Positions 39,123 to 49,901 are shown, numbered from the stretch's first letter. The stretch: 64,000 nucleotides of DNA from Phycisphaeraceae bacterium (GCA_963674705.1 OY771506.1:2144001-2208000), one strand, 5' to 3'. Made by a program: numbers and translations. Notes: generated from the letters alone by a model not told the origin.

Positions 39123-40109
39123 TCAGCCGGGCTCGACGCTTTCGGTCGTTTGCATCGCCATTCTGACTAAACGATCGACGAGTCGGGTGAGGTTAATTTC
39201 CGCGTGATTGGCTGCCATCGGCAAGAGCGAGTGTGTCGTAAATCCGGGCATCGTATTGACTTCGATAAACCAGGGTCGGCCAAAGGTGTCGACCATAAAG
39301 TCGACACGACACAAATGGCGGACCCCTAAAGCGTTGAACGCGATTCGCGACCAGCTTCGCACCTGCTCCAGCGTTGTGTCGGGCAGATCAATATTAAAGA
39401 GATACTGGGTGTCGTCCCGCTCGTACTTGGCATCGTAATCGTAGTAGTCGCCTGCCGGGACGATCTGGATCACGGGTAGTACCTGTGGATCATCTGGTCC
39501 GTTGTCTGATGTGTTTGGGGCGATCACGCCGACCGTCAGTTCCTTGCCGGGGACGTAACGTTCAACCAAGAGCTTAGGATAGTCGCGGCTGAGCGCCTTC
39601 CGGGCCTTGTTGGCCTGTTCCTCTGTTTTGCATATCTCCAGGCCAAGCGTGGAACCTTCTTCCAGGGCTTTGATGACGACCGGGGCTTGTAACGTGCGCT
39701 GCTGGTCCGGTAGAAGCAGTTCAAACTCAGGGGTTGCAACACCGTGTTTGGCGACGGTGAGTTTAGTCAGGTGCTTGTTGATGCAGAGGCTTGCGGCGGC
39801 GGGTCCGCTACCGACGTAGCACAGATTGCGCTCGCTGAGTACGCGTTGAAGGCCGCCACCTTCGCCCCATCGACCGTGAAGCACGGGGAAGACGACGTCG
39901 CCGTCCCATGATGCGAACGTGTCCAAAGCCGAAAGATCATCCGGCATGATGTCGCGCTGCATGACTTCGTGGCCCGCATCGCGCAAAGCTTGCGCGACTT
40001 GCCCGCCGCCTACGAGACTCACCTCACGCTCACGATCCGGGCCGCCAGCCAGGACCATAATACGAAGCGGCTTGTCGGTGACGGATTGTTTAGGGTGTAC
40101 TGATGGCAT
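39123..40109 (-). CDS. ddl: D-alanine--D-alanine ligase
   Basis: GGPDREREVSL, FPVLHGRWGEGG, YYDYDAKY, RVDF, EVNTMPGFT. Confidence 0.93.
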   Translation of the reverse strand: MPSVHPKQSVTDKPLRIMVLAGGPDREREVSLVGGGQVAQALRDAGHEVMQRDIMPDDLSALDTFASWDGDVVFPVLHGRWGEGGGLQRVLSERNLCYVGSGPAAASLCINKHLTKLTVAKHGVATPEFELLLPDQQRTLQAPVVIKALEEGSTLGLEICKTEEQANKARKALSRDYPKLLVERYVPGKELTVGVIAPNTSDNGPDDPQVLPVIQIVPAGDYYDYDAKYERDDTQYLFNIDLPDTTLEQVRSWSRIAFNALGVRHLCRVDFMVDTFGRPWFIEVNTMPGFTTHSLLPMAANHAEINLTRLVDRLVRMAMQTTESVEPG

Positions 40110-40517
40110 GTTGTTTATTACATCGTCCATTATGAATGAGATCGACGAATTGAAGTTTCTGCGAACAAGGATCACTCGCCGAAAAAGCGCATATATTCGG
40201 CATTTTTATGCAAATTGCATGTTTGCTACACGTGGTTCTAACCATTGCCACTCCGTGATTGCGAAGCTACCCATATTGACAACAGGCTTCCGAAGCCCAT
40301 ACGGGTTTATACTTATATTGTAGAACTTCTGTAATAACCGATGAACGATATGTAGTGATTTTTCATGGTCAACTGTCAAAAAAGTCTTGCTTTAAGCGGG
40401 CTAACGATTTACAAGTACAAGACATTTGTCGTCCGTGACGTGACTTTTGAACCGTTTCGTCTCACGTCTCTAGTGCATCCTTACTATTCTATTTTTTTCA
40501 ACTTGGGGATTAGGAAT

Positions 40518-42956
40518 ATGACGCTACTTACAACCCAACTTGCACGTTTACATCGTTCAGTTGCCGCTCGGCTTTCGGGTCTGACGGCCAAACCTGTGAA
40601 TGTCCCACAACAGCAGTTACTGCCACGGATGGAAAGCCTGGAAGACAGGCTGTTGCTCTCCGCAACCTTGCTGGTCGACGCCGGCGTCGATCAACTGGCA
40701 GATGAAGGCTCACAGATCTCGGTAACCGGCACGTATGAAGACCTGGAAGGTGGCGGCGGGACGCCCGGCGTTTTTGAAGTCCTGCAACTGACAAGCACCA
40801 GCGCCAGCGAACAACAACTCGATATCGATGGCAACCGGGCTGTCTGGGAAAGCGATGGCGAGATCCTTTACTTCGATGGTACAACCGACGCGCTGAACAA
40901 TCCCAACATCATCAACATCACCGGCAACACGGTTACTTTCGAGAACGACCCGCACATCAGCGGTGATTACATCATCTATGCCGGCGCCGGCATCAATGCC
41001 TATGAGATCTCAACCGGGACGACAATCAATCTGGCAGCATCAACTATTTCCGTTGCTAACCCGGAAATCGATGGCAGCATGGCGGTCTGGACCGAGCGGG
41101 TCGGGTCCTTCTATACCGTGATGGTGGCCGATCTGTCTGCCGCGACCATCACCCCCACCGCGGTTTACCCGATCGGTAGCGGCCCGGGTGCCAACGGCAG
41201 CCAGCTTGATCCCAAGATCAGCGGCGACAACGTCGCCTGGAAGTCCCCGGGTCTTGGCGGCTACAACGACGTCTTCCTCTACAACCTGACCAACGACACG
41301 ATCGTCAATGTCTCGAACTCGTCGCTTGAAGACAACGGCCACGAGATCTCGGACGGCGTCGTCGTCTGGTACACCGACGGTGATGTCTATTACTACGACA
41401 GCACCTCCGCCTCGCCCGCCGCGGTGAACATCGGTTCGGCCGGCATCTCCGATGTCGTGCCCAGGGTCTCCGGCAGGAATATCGTCTGGGACGGCAACGC
41501 TGATGTTTACTGGCACAACATCGACACAGCCGTCACCATCAACCTGACCAATTCGCCTTCCAGCTCGTTGACCCTGCCCGATATCTCCGGCGACAACATC
41601 ACCTGGTCCAACGGCACCGACGTCTATCTCTATAACTTCGTGACCGGGATCACCACCAACGTCAGTGACAGCTCGCAACTGGACACGCAGGCGCTGGTTT
41701 CCGGTGACAACGTCGTCTGGCTGTCTCGGGCTTCTGCTGCATCCCAAGCCGATGTGTTCTTCGCCTCCGGCACGTCCGAGCCGTTGACCTACACAATCGA
41801 CTGGGACTTCGGCGACGGCACGGTTATCACTGATACCACACTCGAGCAGGACCATACATACCTGGACAACGGTATCTACACCGTTACGCTGACGGTCACT
41901 GCCAGTGATGGCCGTGTCACCAGCGACACACTCACCGCTGATATCAGTAACGTGGCCCCGATCGTCGATCCGATCGTCGGTGATACCCAGGCGCTGCGCG
42001 GCAGCACGCTCAGCTTCACCGGCAGCTACAGCGACCCCGGCGTGCTCGATACCCACAGCACCGAGTGGACCGTCACCGACAGTGGTGGGGCAGTCGTGGC
42101 GACCGGAACGGGAACGAGCTTCGACTTCACGCCTGAAGATGCCGGCACGTTCGATGTGACCTTCACCGTCACCGATAACGACGGCGGCGTCGGCAGCAGC
42201 ACGTTATCGACCAGCTCGGTGGTCATCCTCGTCGGGCCTGATCCGCTTGATCCATCACAGACCACGATCCAGATCGCCGGCTCCAACGGTCGGGACATCA
42301 TCCGTGTCCGCAAGTCATGCTGGACGCCCGGGACGCTGAAGGTCATCGTCCATGAACTGGATACCGGCAATGTCTATATCGAAGACGGTATCGTCGGGGC
42401 GGATCGCGTGATCGCCGATGGGCGGGCCGGCAACGATCAGATCAAGGTGCGTTGCAACCTGGGCGATCTGAAAGCAGAACTCTACGGAAGTGACGGAAAC
42501 GACATGCTCTGTGGCGGTGACGCCAACGACTTCATCTCCGGCGGTGACGGCTGCGACCTGATCTCCGGTGGCAACGGCCGGGACTTCCTCGTCGGCGGAC
42601 TCGGCAGCGACCTGGTCCTGGGTAACAACCAGGATGATATTCTGGTCGGCGGTGTGTACGTTGAAGGTCGCGACCTGGCTGCGGAGCGAGCGGTCCTTGC
42701 CGAGTGGTCGCGTACCGATATTGGTTATGCGGATCGCATCAATAACATCATCAACGGCACCGGCCTGAACGGATCGAGTGTTCTTGATGATAGCACCGTC
42801 TTCGATGATAACAGTTTCGACATCCTGCTCGGTCTGCAGGGGCGGGATTGGTTCCATGCCAACGATTGCCAGGACCTGACCGATGAACGTCGTAACGAGT
42901 ACATGTCCGAAACAGAGATAGACTTTGTTGATGCGGATGTGGATTACATCGTGTAA
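40518..42956 (+). CDS. Secreted protein: LEPR-XLL-like motif, beta-propeller-like repeats, PKD domains, RTX-like Ca-binding repeats
   Basis: MESLEDRLLLS; repeated PxISGDNVVW; WDFGDG...HTYLDNGIYTVTLTV; GGDGCDLISGGNGRD. Confidence 0.82.
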   Translation: MTLLTTQLARLHRSVAARLSGLTAKPVNVPQQQLLPRMESLEDRLLLSATLLVDAGVDQLADEGSQISVTGTYEDLEGGGGTPGVFEVLQLTSTSASEQQLDIDGNRAVWESDGEILYFDGTTDALNNPNIINITGNTVTFENDPHISGDYIIYAGAGINAYEISTGTTINLAASTISVANPEIDGSMAVWTERVGSFYTVMVADLSAATITPTAVYPIGSGPGANGSQLDPKISGDNVAWKSPGLGGYNDVFLYNLTNDTIVNVSNSSLEDNGHEISDGVVVWYTDGDVYYYDSTSASPAAVNIGSAGISDVVPRVSGRNIVWDGNADVYWHNIDTAVTINLTNSPSSSLTLPDISGDNITWSNGTDVYLYNFVTGITTNVSDSSQLDTQALVSGDNVVWLSRASAASQADVFFASGTSEPLTYTIDWDFGDGTVITDTTLEQDHTYLDNGIYTVTLTVTASDGRVTSDTLTADISNVAPIVDPIVGDTQALRGSTLSFTGSYSDPGVLDTHSTEWTVTDSGGAVVATGTGTSFDFTPEDAGTFDVTFTVTDNDGGVGSSTLSTSSVVILVGPDPLDPSQTTIQIAGSNGRDIIRVRKSCWTPGTLKVIVHELDTGNVYIEDGIVGADRVIADGRAGNDQIKVRCNLGDLKAELYGSDGNDMLCGGDANDFISGGDGCDLISGGNGRDFLVGGLGSDLVLGNNQDDILVGGVYVEGRDLAAERAVLAEWSRTDIGYADRINNIINGTGLNGSSVLDDSTVFDDNSFDILLGLQGRDWFHANDCQDLTDERRNEYMSETEIDFVDADVDYIV

Positions 42957-42988
42957 GCGATCTGCTGAAGTATTGGATATCAAAACGG

Positions 42989-43019
42989 AGCCCACGTTCT
43001 TCGAGCGTGGGCTTCTTTT
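42989..43019 (+). terminator. Intrinsic terminator
   Basis: AGCCCACG...CGTGGGCT followed by TCTTTT. Confidence 0.7.
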
Positions 43020-43048
43020 GTGTTTATACTAATTTGATACTGCGAGGA

Positions 43049-44545
43049 TCAATTGTTCTTCAGATATGCTTCATGAGTCAACGGGTAGCGTGCGTGCACG
43101 TGTTCGAGATAGGCCAGCAATTCATTTTTCAGTTTTTCCGCCAACTCGGGTTTTTCGCTGCTCAGATCGTGTTGTTCGGCGATGTCGTTTTCAAGATCGT
43201 ACAACTCGACGCTCTTGTCTTCGTAGAAGTACATCAGCTTGTACTTACCTTTGCGGATTGAAGACTGTGGCCTGGTCAGGCTGATGTAGCCGTCCTCGAT
43301 GCCGATCGGTGCGTTGAACAATGTATTGGGTCGCCAGTGATACCAGGGGAAGTGCCAGAACAGCGGGCGGTCGGTGAGTTTTTCGGGTGTCGGTTCACCT
43401 TTAATCAACGGCAAAATCGACATGCCATCATATTCACGATCCGCATCGGGTTTGCTGCCCGCCGCCGCCATGAAAGTCGGCAACAGGTCCATGTTGGTCA
43501 CGGGTACATCGCAGGTCGTCCCCGCTTTGGTCACGCCGGGCCATCGCACGATGAAGGGTTCACGCACGCCGCCTTCGTAGAGATTCCACTTGCTGCCACG
43601 CAGCGGCCGATTCCATGCCCATTGCGGGTGCCCGCCGTTATCCGAAGTCAATACGATAAGTGTGTCGTCGGCGTGTCCTGAAGCTTCCAGTGCGTTGAGC
43701 AATTGTCCGACGTAATGGTCCATCGTTTCGACAAACGCGGCATAGAGCACCCGATCATCGTCCATATCGGTTCCGGCTTTTTCGCGATACTTCTCCAGCA
43801 GCCAGCCGCACTTCGTATCGAGCGGATCATGCACGTAATAGTGAGCGACATAGAGGAAGAACGGCTTGTCGTGTTCCAGATTCAGAAAGTTGATCGCTTG
43901 CTGTGTCAATTCATCTTCAGGGAATTCACCGGGCTTGAAGTCGCCGAGTTTGCCGCGTTCACTTTTCGGATAACTGTATGGGTGAGACCCTTGTGTGTCA
44001 GCGAACCACTCAAAGCCTTGCTTGAGTGGGTTGTGCGTGGGGCTGATACCGAGGTAGCTGCTATGGTGTGCAGCGAGGTGCCATTTGCCGGCCATCCCGG
44101 TGGCGTAGCCGGCATCGGCGAGCTGCTCCGCCATCGTTCGCTCATCGAGTGGCAGGTTCTTGGTTTGAGATGGGGGAACGAGCGGGTATTCTTCGTACTT
44201 CTTAGACCACTGCTCTTTCGTTGGATTGTTATCATCGTATGTCGTGACAAATTCAAATCCAAGCCTTGCCGGTGAACGACCGGTCATCAGACCGGCGCGT
44301 GAGGCGGAGCAGATCGGCGCGGCCGCATAACCATCGGTAAAGCGCACGCCTGATTCGGCCAGTTGATCGATGTTTGGTGTTTCCGGTAATGGTGAGCCGT
44401 AGCAACCCAGATCCGCGTAACCCATATCATCGATGAAGATGAGCAGGATGTTTGGTTTCTGCGGCTTTGTATCTTCCGAAGCCATTGCGCCGGTGGATGT
44501 AAACAAAGAACTGATGGCCAGCAAAAAAAACAATCGCGAATTCAT
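43049..44545 (-). CDS. Formylglycine-dependent (S1) sulfatase
   Basis: DDMG, CSASRAGLMTGR, GKWH, SDNGG, YEGGVREP, ELYDL. Confidence 0.95.
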   Translation of the reverse strand: MNSRLFFLLAISSLFTSTGAMASEDTKPQKPNILLIFIDDMGYADLGCYGSPLPETPNIDQLAESGVRFTDGYAAAPICSASRAGLMTGRSPARLGFEFVTTYDDNNPTKEQWSKKYEEYPLVPPSQTKNLPLDERTMAEQLADAGYATGMAGKWHLAAHHSSYLGISPTHNPLKQGFEWFADTQGSHPYSYPKSERGKLGDFKPGEFPEDELTQQAINFLNLEHDKPFFLYVAHYYVHDPLDTKCGWLLEKYREKAGTDMDDDRVLYAAFVETMDHYVGQLLNALEASGHADDTLIVLTSDNGGHPQWAWNRPLRGSKWNLYEGGVREPFIVRWPGVTKAGTTCDVPVTNMDLLPTFMAAAGSKPDADREYDGMSILPLIKGEPTPEKLTDRPLFWHFPWYHWRPNTLFNAPIGIEDGYISLTRPQSSIRKGKYKLMYFYEDKSVELYDLENDIAEQHDLSSEKPELAEKLKNELLAYLEHVHARYPLTHEAYLKNN

Positions 44546-44633
44546 TTCGTTCTCCAAGCATATGAAATAAAGCGCTGGATAAGATACATCAATTATCAAG
44601 GGATAAACGCGATTGATTCGTGGTGAAATGAAA

Positions 44634-44664
44634 AAAAGCCACACGCAAAAAGCATGTGGCTTTT
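44634..44664 (-). terminator. Terminator downstream of trpB2
   Basis: AAAAGCCACA...TGTGGCTTTT hairpin. Confidence 0.7.
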
Positions 44665-44702
44665 AAGATTTATTTCTTGACTTCTGCGAGCTTTAATTCG
44701 AC

Positions 44703-46073
44703 TTATTGACCTGCGACAACCGGAAGCCCCGCGAGCGCCATCGCGATTTCTTCTTCGGGGTATTCGTAGTCGTGCAGTTCGCCTGCGTTGTAGGCGATGT
44801 AGGCCGCCATATCGAAGTGGCCGTGGCCGCAGAGGTTGAAGAGGATGACTTCGCTCTTGCCTTCTTCCTTGCATCGCAACGCTTCACGGATCGCGCCAGC
44901 GACGGCGTGGTTGGCTTCCGGCGCCGGGAGGATGCCTTCGGCCTGGGCGAATTGGACGCCGGCGCCGAACGCTTCAAGCTGATGCACACCGATCGGTTCG
45001 CACAGACCCAACTGGACAATGTGAGATACCAGCGGCGCCATGCCGTGGTAACGCAGGCCGCCGGTGTGGATCGCAGGGGGAACGAAGGTTGAACCCAGCG
45101 TGTGCATCTTGACCAACGGCGTCAGGTGCGCGGTGTCGCCGAAGTCATAGGCGTATTTACCGCGAGTCAGCGACGGACAGGCAGATGGTTCGACCGCGAC
45201 GAACCGCCGCTTCTTGCCGCCCCGCAGTTGTTCACCGAGGAAGGGGAATGCGATGCCGGCATAATTTGATCCGCCGCCGGTGCAACCAACGATCACGTCC
45301 GGATCGTCACCCGCCATCTCGAGTTGTAAAGCACATTCCTGGCCGATGATGGTCTGATGCAGCAGCACGTGATTGAGCACGGAGCCAAGTGCGTACTTTG
45401 CTTTCGGATCTTTGGCCGCGACTTCCACCGCTTCACTGATCGCGATACCGAGCGAGCCGGGACAGTCCGGGTCTTTGGCGAGGATGGCACGGCCGGCTTC
45501 GGTTTCATCCGACGGGCTGGGTGTGCAGGTCGCGCCGAAGGCTTCCATGTAGGCTTTGCGGTAGGGCTTCTGCTGGGCCGAGCACTTGACCATGTAGACC
45601 TTGCACTCGATGCCGCCGATCAACGAGCACGCCAACGCCAGGGATGAACCCCATTGGCCCGCGCCGGTCTCGGTGGTCAGCTTGGTGACGCCCGCTTGCT
45701 TGTTGTACCAGGCCTGCGGCAGGGCGGTGTTCGGCTTATGCGAGCCGGCGGGTGATACGCCTTCATACTTGTAATAGATCTTCGCCGGTGTGCCGAGGGC
45801 CTTCTCCAGCCGACGGGCGCGGAACATCGGTGACGGACGCCAGATCTTGTACATCTCACGCACCGGTTCGGGGATCGGGATTTCCCGCTCGGTCGTCACT
45901 TCCTGCTCGATCAGAGCGTCTGGGAAAATGACTGCCAGGTCCTCAGCCGTCGCGGGCTGACCGGTTCCCGGATGCAGCGTGGGGGGCACCGGCGAGGGTA
46001 AATCGGCCTGGATGTTGTACCAGGAGGTCGGGATCTGGGATTCTTCGAGTAGGTACTTGACTTGGTCGGGCAT
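44703..46073 (-). CDS. trpB2: TrpB-like PLP enzyme (TrpB2)
   Basis: WYNIQADLP, GSHKPNTA, TETGAGQWG, LGSVLNHV, GGGSN, GGLRYHG, LCGHG. Confidence 0.93.
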   Translation of the reverse strand: MPDQVKYLLEESQIPTSWYNIQADLPSPVPPTLHPGTGQPATAEDLAVIFPDALIEQEVTTEREIPIPEPVREMYKIWRPSPMFRARRLEKALGTPAKIYYKYEGVSPAGSHKPNTALPQAWYNKQAGVTKLTTETGAGQWGSSLALACSLIGGIECKVYMVKCSAQQKPYRKAYMEAFGATCTPSPSDETEAGRAILAKDPDCPGSLGIAISEAVEVAAKDPKAKYALGSVLNHVLLHQTIIGQECALQLEMAGDDPDVIVGCTGGGSNYAGIAFPFLGEQLRGGKKRRFVAVEPSACPSLTRGKYAYDFGDTAHLTPLVKMHTLGSTFVPPAIHTGGLRYHGMAPLVSHIVQLGLCEPIGVHQLEAFGAGVQFAQAEGILPAPEANHAVAGAIREALRCKEEGKSEVILFNLCGHGHFDMAAYIAYNAGELHDYEYPEEEIAMALAGLPVVAGQ

Positions 46074-46791
46074 GGCTGTTGTCCGTCTAAAAGGTTCAGA
46101 ATTGAGTGTTTATAAACTTACCGATCATGTCGGCACGACTGAGTCTCCTCCAAGGCGGTGGATTTGGATACGACGCCACCGCATGAACACGTAAATTTAC
46201 CACTATTCTGTCCTTATTAAAAGTCTTGGCTTCGGAATTTGATGGCGGGTCATATGCTTCAATCCGCTGAGCAAGATGGCCGTGTCCCGGGATACGTCAT
46301 CTTGTGCTGAGGCAGTTCCTGGTGGTCCGGCGGTCTTGTCATCGTTTCATTCATGACAGCTTCGGCCCGGGCCTGATGTTCGTCATTGTCCGATGGATAA
46401 GAATCTGCCCTGGAACCAATCTAATCAAAGCGGGTGGTGACGACAGAGTATGTCATCGGGTAATGCAATGGGTGTGGTCACAGCGCTGAATATTATTTCT
46501 TTCCCAGAACTTCATGTGAATAATAAAAACCATTCTGGTCGACTCGCCAACCCATAGGGTTGTTGTGAATCGAAGCGGATTCCAGGTCTGTGATAATAAA
46601 TCAAAGTGATGATGCCCTATTGATTGCATCAGCGCGATGCTATATTCTCGCCGGCTCCAGGACGTCGTGAGTACAAGCGTTTTGGTTATGGGCAATTACC
46701 GATGAACGAAGTATCAATTCGGTCGATGTGCCTGAAGCATCCCATCATCAGCAGTTGACGATTCGCAAATCCACTATGGAGGTTATGAGCG

Positions 46792-47658
46792 TTGCAAGTG
46801 TCTGGGCCTGTCAAGCGCATCGGTTTTGTTGATTGCGATCTGAATAACTTCCACGCGGATGTTTTTCTTAAAGCGATCCGTGGTCCGCTGGCCTCGCGTG
46901 GGATCAGTGTGGCGGGTGCTACGGCTGTGCAGCAGGAGCAGAGCAAGCTATGGGCGCAGGAGCATGATCTTGCTTATTACACTTCGGTCGAGGCACTAAA
47001 CGATGCGGTCGATGCTTACATGATCCTTGCGCCGTCGAATCCGGAGGTGCACTTTGAACTATGCAGGCAGGTGTTCCCGATGGGGAAACCGACGTATGTA
47101 GACAAGCCGTTTTCGTCTGATCTGTTAACGGCACATCGCATCTTCGGGCTTGCCGATAAGTATCAAGTGAGTATTCAAACAACCTCCGCACTGCGCTACA
47201 CCGAAGTGCAACGCGTGGTTTTGGAAAGTCCAGAGCCTGTAAAGCACATGGTCGCCTGGGCGGGTGGCGATACCTTTGAAGAGTACGGCATACACCCTGT
47301 AGAACTGGTCATCAGTTGTATGGGGCCTGATGCGCTGGCGGCGCATTCGGTTGGTGATGAACAGCATCCGGTAATCATCATCGTGTTCACGGAGGGCCGT
47401 ACCGCGGTCATCGACTTTAATATCGGCACGCATGTGGACTACGCCGCCACTGTGACAACCGCTACAGGCACACAATACATCCCCGTGGGATTGGATACGT
47501 TATTCATAGATACCGCCTCGGCGATCCTGGATTTTCTGGAAACCGGCCAACCCACGATAGCGCGGCAGGAATCTTTGATGGTTCGCGAGATCCTGGACGT
47601 TATCGCTGATCCCGCTTCACGTTCCGGCTATATCCAACTCGAGCCCAATTCGATATAG
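46792..47658 (+). CDS. Gfo/Idh/MocA-like oxidoreductase
   Basis: GKPTYVDKPF, SALRY, YGIHPVE; GGAGG upstream of TTG. Confidence 0.75.
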   Translation: MQVSGPVKRIGFVDCDLNNFHADVFLKAIRGPLASRGISVAGATAVQQEQSKLWAQEHDLAYYTSVEALNDAVDAYMILAPSNPEVHFELCRQVFPMGKPTYVDKPFSSDLLTAHRIFGLADKYQVSIQTTSALRYTEVQRVVLESPEPVKHMVAWAGGDTFEEYGIHPVELVISCMGPDALAAHSVGDEQHPVIIIVFTEGRTAVIDFNIGTHVDYAATVTTATGTQYIPVGLDTLFIDTASAILDFLETGQPTIARQESLMVREILDVIADPASRSGYIQLEPNSI

Positions 47659-47759
47659 CCCCCGTCGCGTTTCTGCGGACGCATGTGACACGGCGATAGC
47701 CATACGACTTGCTGAACCTTTGAACGCTACGGCGACAACACTCACTTCAGGTTTCATCT

Positions 47760-49571
47760 ATGACGCTTGACTCACCTCGAATCATTGATGCCGGCATCGT
47801 CGGTGTTTACCTGATCGGAAGTTTTGCCATCGGTATCTTTGCCTCGCGTGTGTTGCGCAGCGGCAGTAAGGGGGAGGATGGCTACTACCTTGCAGGGCGC
47901 AAGGTGCCGGGGTGGGTCAACGGCATTTCTTATGCGGTCACCGCGATGAATTCCGATGTGGCGCCCGCATATTGTGGTTTTACGGTGGTGGTGGGTTTGT
48001 CGGCCGCGTGGTTGTATCTGTCGCGGTTTGGTTTGGCGATGATGCTGGTTGCGATGCTCTTTGCGGTACGCTGGCGGCAGTTGAAGATCAATACGGGGCC
48101 GGAGTTCCTGTCGCTGCGCTTTGGTGGGGGGCTGGGGACTTTCTCCCGCGTATATCTGTCGCTCTACAGCGTCGTTGTCGGCATGATCCCCTGGATCGGC
48201 GCGGGACTGCTGGGCGTACACATGATCTTCGGCCCGATCTTTGGCATTGAACATAAAGCCACGACGCTTCTACTCGTCCTGCCAATCCTGATCGTTTATG
48301 TCTGGGTATCCGGCTACACCGGGGTGCTGGTGACCGATGTGCTACAGACCATGATTATCCTGCTGGCGAACGCGATACTGCTGCTTGCTGTGCTCTGGCA
48401 GTTCGGCGGCCCCACGCAACTCGCCGACGCGGTACAAACGGCTTTGCCGGAGCACGCTTCCGATGCACTGTCTATCCTGCCTGTACCCGGGCATCCGGTG
48501 ATGAGCCCGTTACTTGTCCTTGCCTGGACACTCGTATCGACCATCGGCGTCGGTGGGAACGTCAACATCGATGGCCAGCGCATGATGTCCTGCCGATCTG
48601 CTGTGGATGCGGCGAAGGTTGGTATCTGGGGGCAACTGGCCCTGTTCGCGATGTTATTGCTTCTGACACTGCCGACCCTGGGCGCGATTGCTAATCATCC
48701 GGAGATGTACACCGCCACTCCCGCCGAGCGCGAGGCTGTCTACGGCATCATGCTCCATGATTATCTGCCGGTTGGCTTATTGGGTGTTGCGCTGGCGGCT
48801 CTGCTTGCCAGCGTCATGTCAACAATCGACAGCCAGCTTAACTACGGCTCGCAAACGCTGGTCAACGACGTTGTACGTCAGTTCAAGCCGGATCTGTCAC
48901 AACGCGTGGCGGTACAGATCGGACGTGTGCTGATCCTTGTGATTCTCGCGATGGGCGTGGTCGTCATGTACGCATCGGACTCCCTGATCGGCATCGCTAT
49001 CGTGCTGGCGGGGATGTTCGGTTCCTCGCTGGTGTTTGGTTGGGGGCAGTGGTGGTGGTGGCGGGTGAATATCTGGTCCTGGTGCACGGCAACACTCGGC
49101 GGGCCGATCGTTTACTTTGCTTTGGGTTTTGCCCTCAGGGCGTGGCCGCTGTGGCAAGCGAAACTCGAAGAGGGAGGCACTGTCGCACAGGGTATGGGCA
49201 TGTTGCAGGCGGTGATCGCGATGGCTGCGACGACATCGCTGTGGGTCATTGTCACACTGGTTACGCCGCCGCAGGACATGGCGACGCTCAAAGCGTTTTA
49301 TTGCAGAGCCAAACCCATGGGCGCCTGGGGGCCGGTGCGGCGTGCACTTGAAGCGGATGGTGATTGCCCGGATACACCTCGCGGCCTGATTGTTGGGGGG
49401 ATGGCTGCCGCTGTTTTAGGTGCAGTATGGATCGCGTTGGCGGTCTTAGCGATCAGTGAAGTGGTCGTGGGTGAGTATCTTGTCGCGGTGCTGCTGGGCG
49501 GCGGGGCTGTGGTCACCGCACTTTTATTTAAAAGGGCATTCCACTGGCACATCGCCCGCATGGATGGGTGA
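47760..49571 (+). CDS. Sodium:solute symporter family protein
   Basis: YYLAGRKVP, EFLSLRFG, GVLVTDVLQ, QRMMSCRS, ASVMSTIDSQLN. Confidence 0.9.
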   Translation: MTLDSPRIIDAGIVGVYLIGSFAIGIFASRVLRSGSKGEDGYYLAGRKVPGWVNGISYAVTAMNSDVAPAYCGFTVVVGLSAAWLYLSRFGLAMMLVAMLFAVRWRQLKINTGPEFLSLRFGGGLGTFSRVYLSLYSVVVGMIPWIGAGLLGVHMIFGPIFGIEHKATTLLLVLPILIVYVWVSGYTGVLVTDVLQTMIILLANAILLLAVLWQFGGPTQLADAVQTALPEHASDALSILPVPGHPVMSPLLVLAWTLVSTIGVGGNVNIDGQRMMSCRSAVDAAKVGIWGQLALFAMLLLLTLPTLGAIANHPEMYTATPAEREAVYGIMLHDYLPVGLLGVALAALLASVMSTIDSQLNYGSQTLVNDVVRQFKPDLSQRVAVQIGRVLILVILAMGVVVMYASDSLIGIAIVLAGMFGSSLVFGWGQWWWWRVNIWSWCTATLGGPIVYFALGFALRAWPLWQAKLEEGGTVAQGMGMLQAVIAMAATTSLWVIVTLVTPPQDMATLKAFYCRAKPMGAWGPVRRALEADGDCPDTPRGLIVGGMAAAVLGAVWIALAVLAISEVVVGEYLVAVLLGGGAVVTALLFKRAFHWHIARMDG

Positions 49572-49656
49572 TGCGTGGGAAGTACTACTTCTATATAGAT
49601 AATCCGCCCCCGGCTTAACAATCTATAAGTCATTGATTAATAAAGAAATGCTTGAA

Positions 49657-49730
49657 TGGGCCATACTGGACTTGAACCAGTGACCTCCTCGATGTCAACG
49701 AGGCGCGCTAGCCAACTGCGCTAATGGCCC
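49657..49730 (-). tRNA. tRNA-Val (anticodon GAC), CCA not encoded
   Basis: Reverse complement GGGCCATTAGCGCAG...CCTCG-TTGACAT-CGAGG...GGTTCAAGTCC...ATGGCCCA. Confidence 0.95.
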
Positions 49731-49901
49731 GTAAGCGGGGCATTATAACGCTGACGGCTTGGCTCGCCAATGTGCCTCCATCTGCGGCAAAATCTACTCG
49801 GCAAAGCGGCGGACAAATCAGTAGCATGACGGGCAACGATCGTGGGCCAAGGGGCCCATTCCTTCCCAACGCCACCGCCAGATTACCAAGGATAACGCCC
49901 G

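Noticed and set aside
46120..46210. Trp attenuator upstream of trpB2
   Set aside because: A hairpin and short ORFs with a single Trp codon are present, but there are no tandem Trp codons and no U-tailed terminator.
46304..46695. Short ORFs between trpB2 and the oxidoreductase
   Set aside because: No motifs, atypical composition and no SD.
49740..49901. ZMP/ZTP riboswitch upstream of purH-like gene (also checked purC, purD, fhs leaders)
   Set aside because: I could not see the conserved GACTGGCG...GTGG...CCAC...CGCCTGGGC elements; an Rfam scan would settle it.
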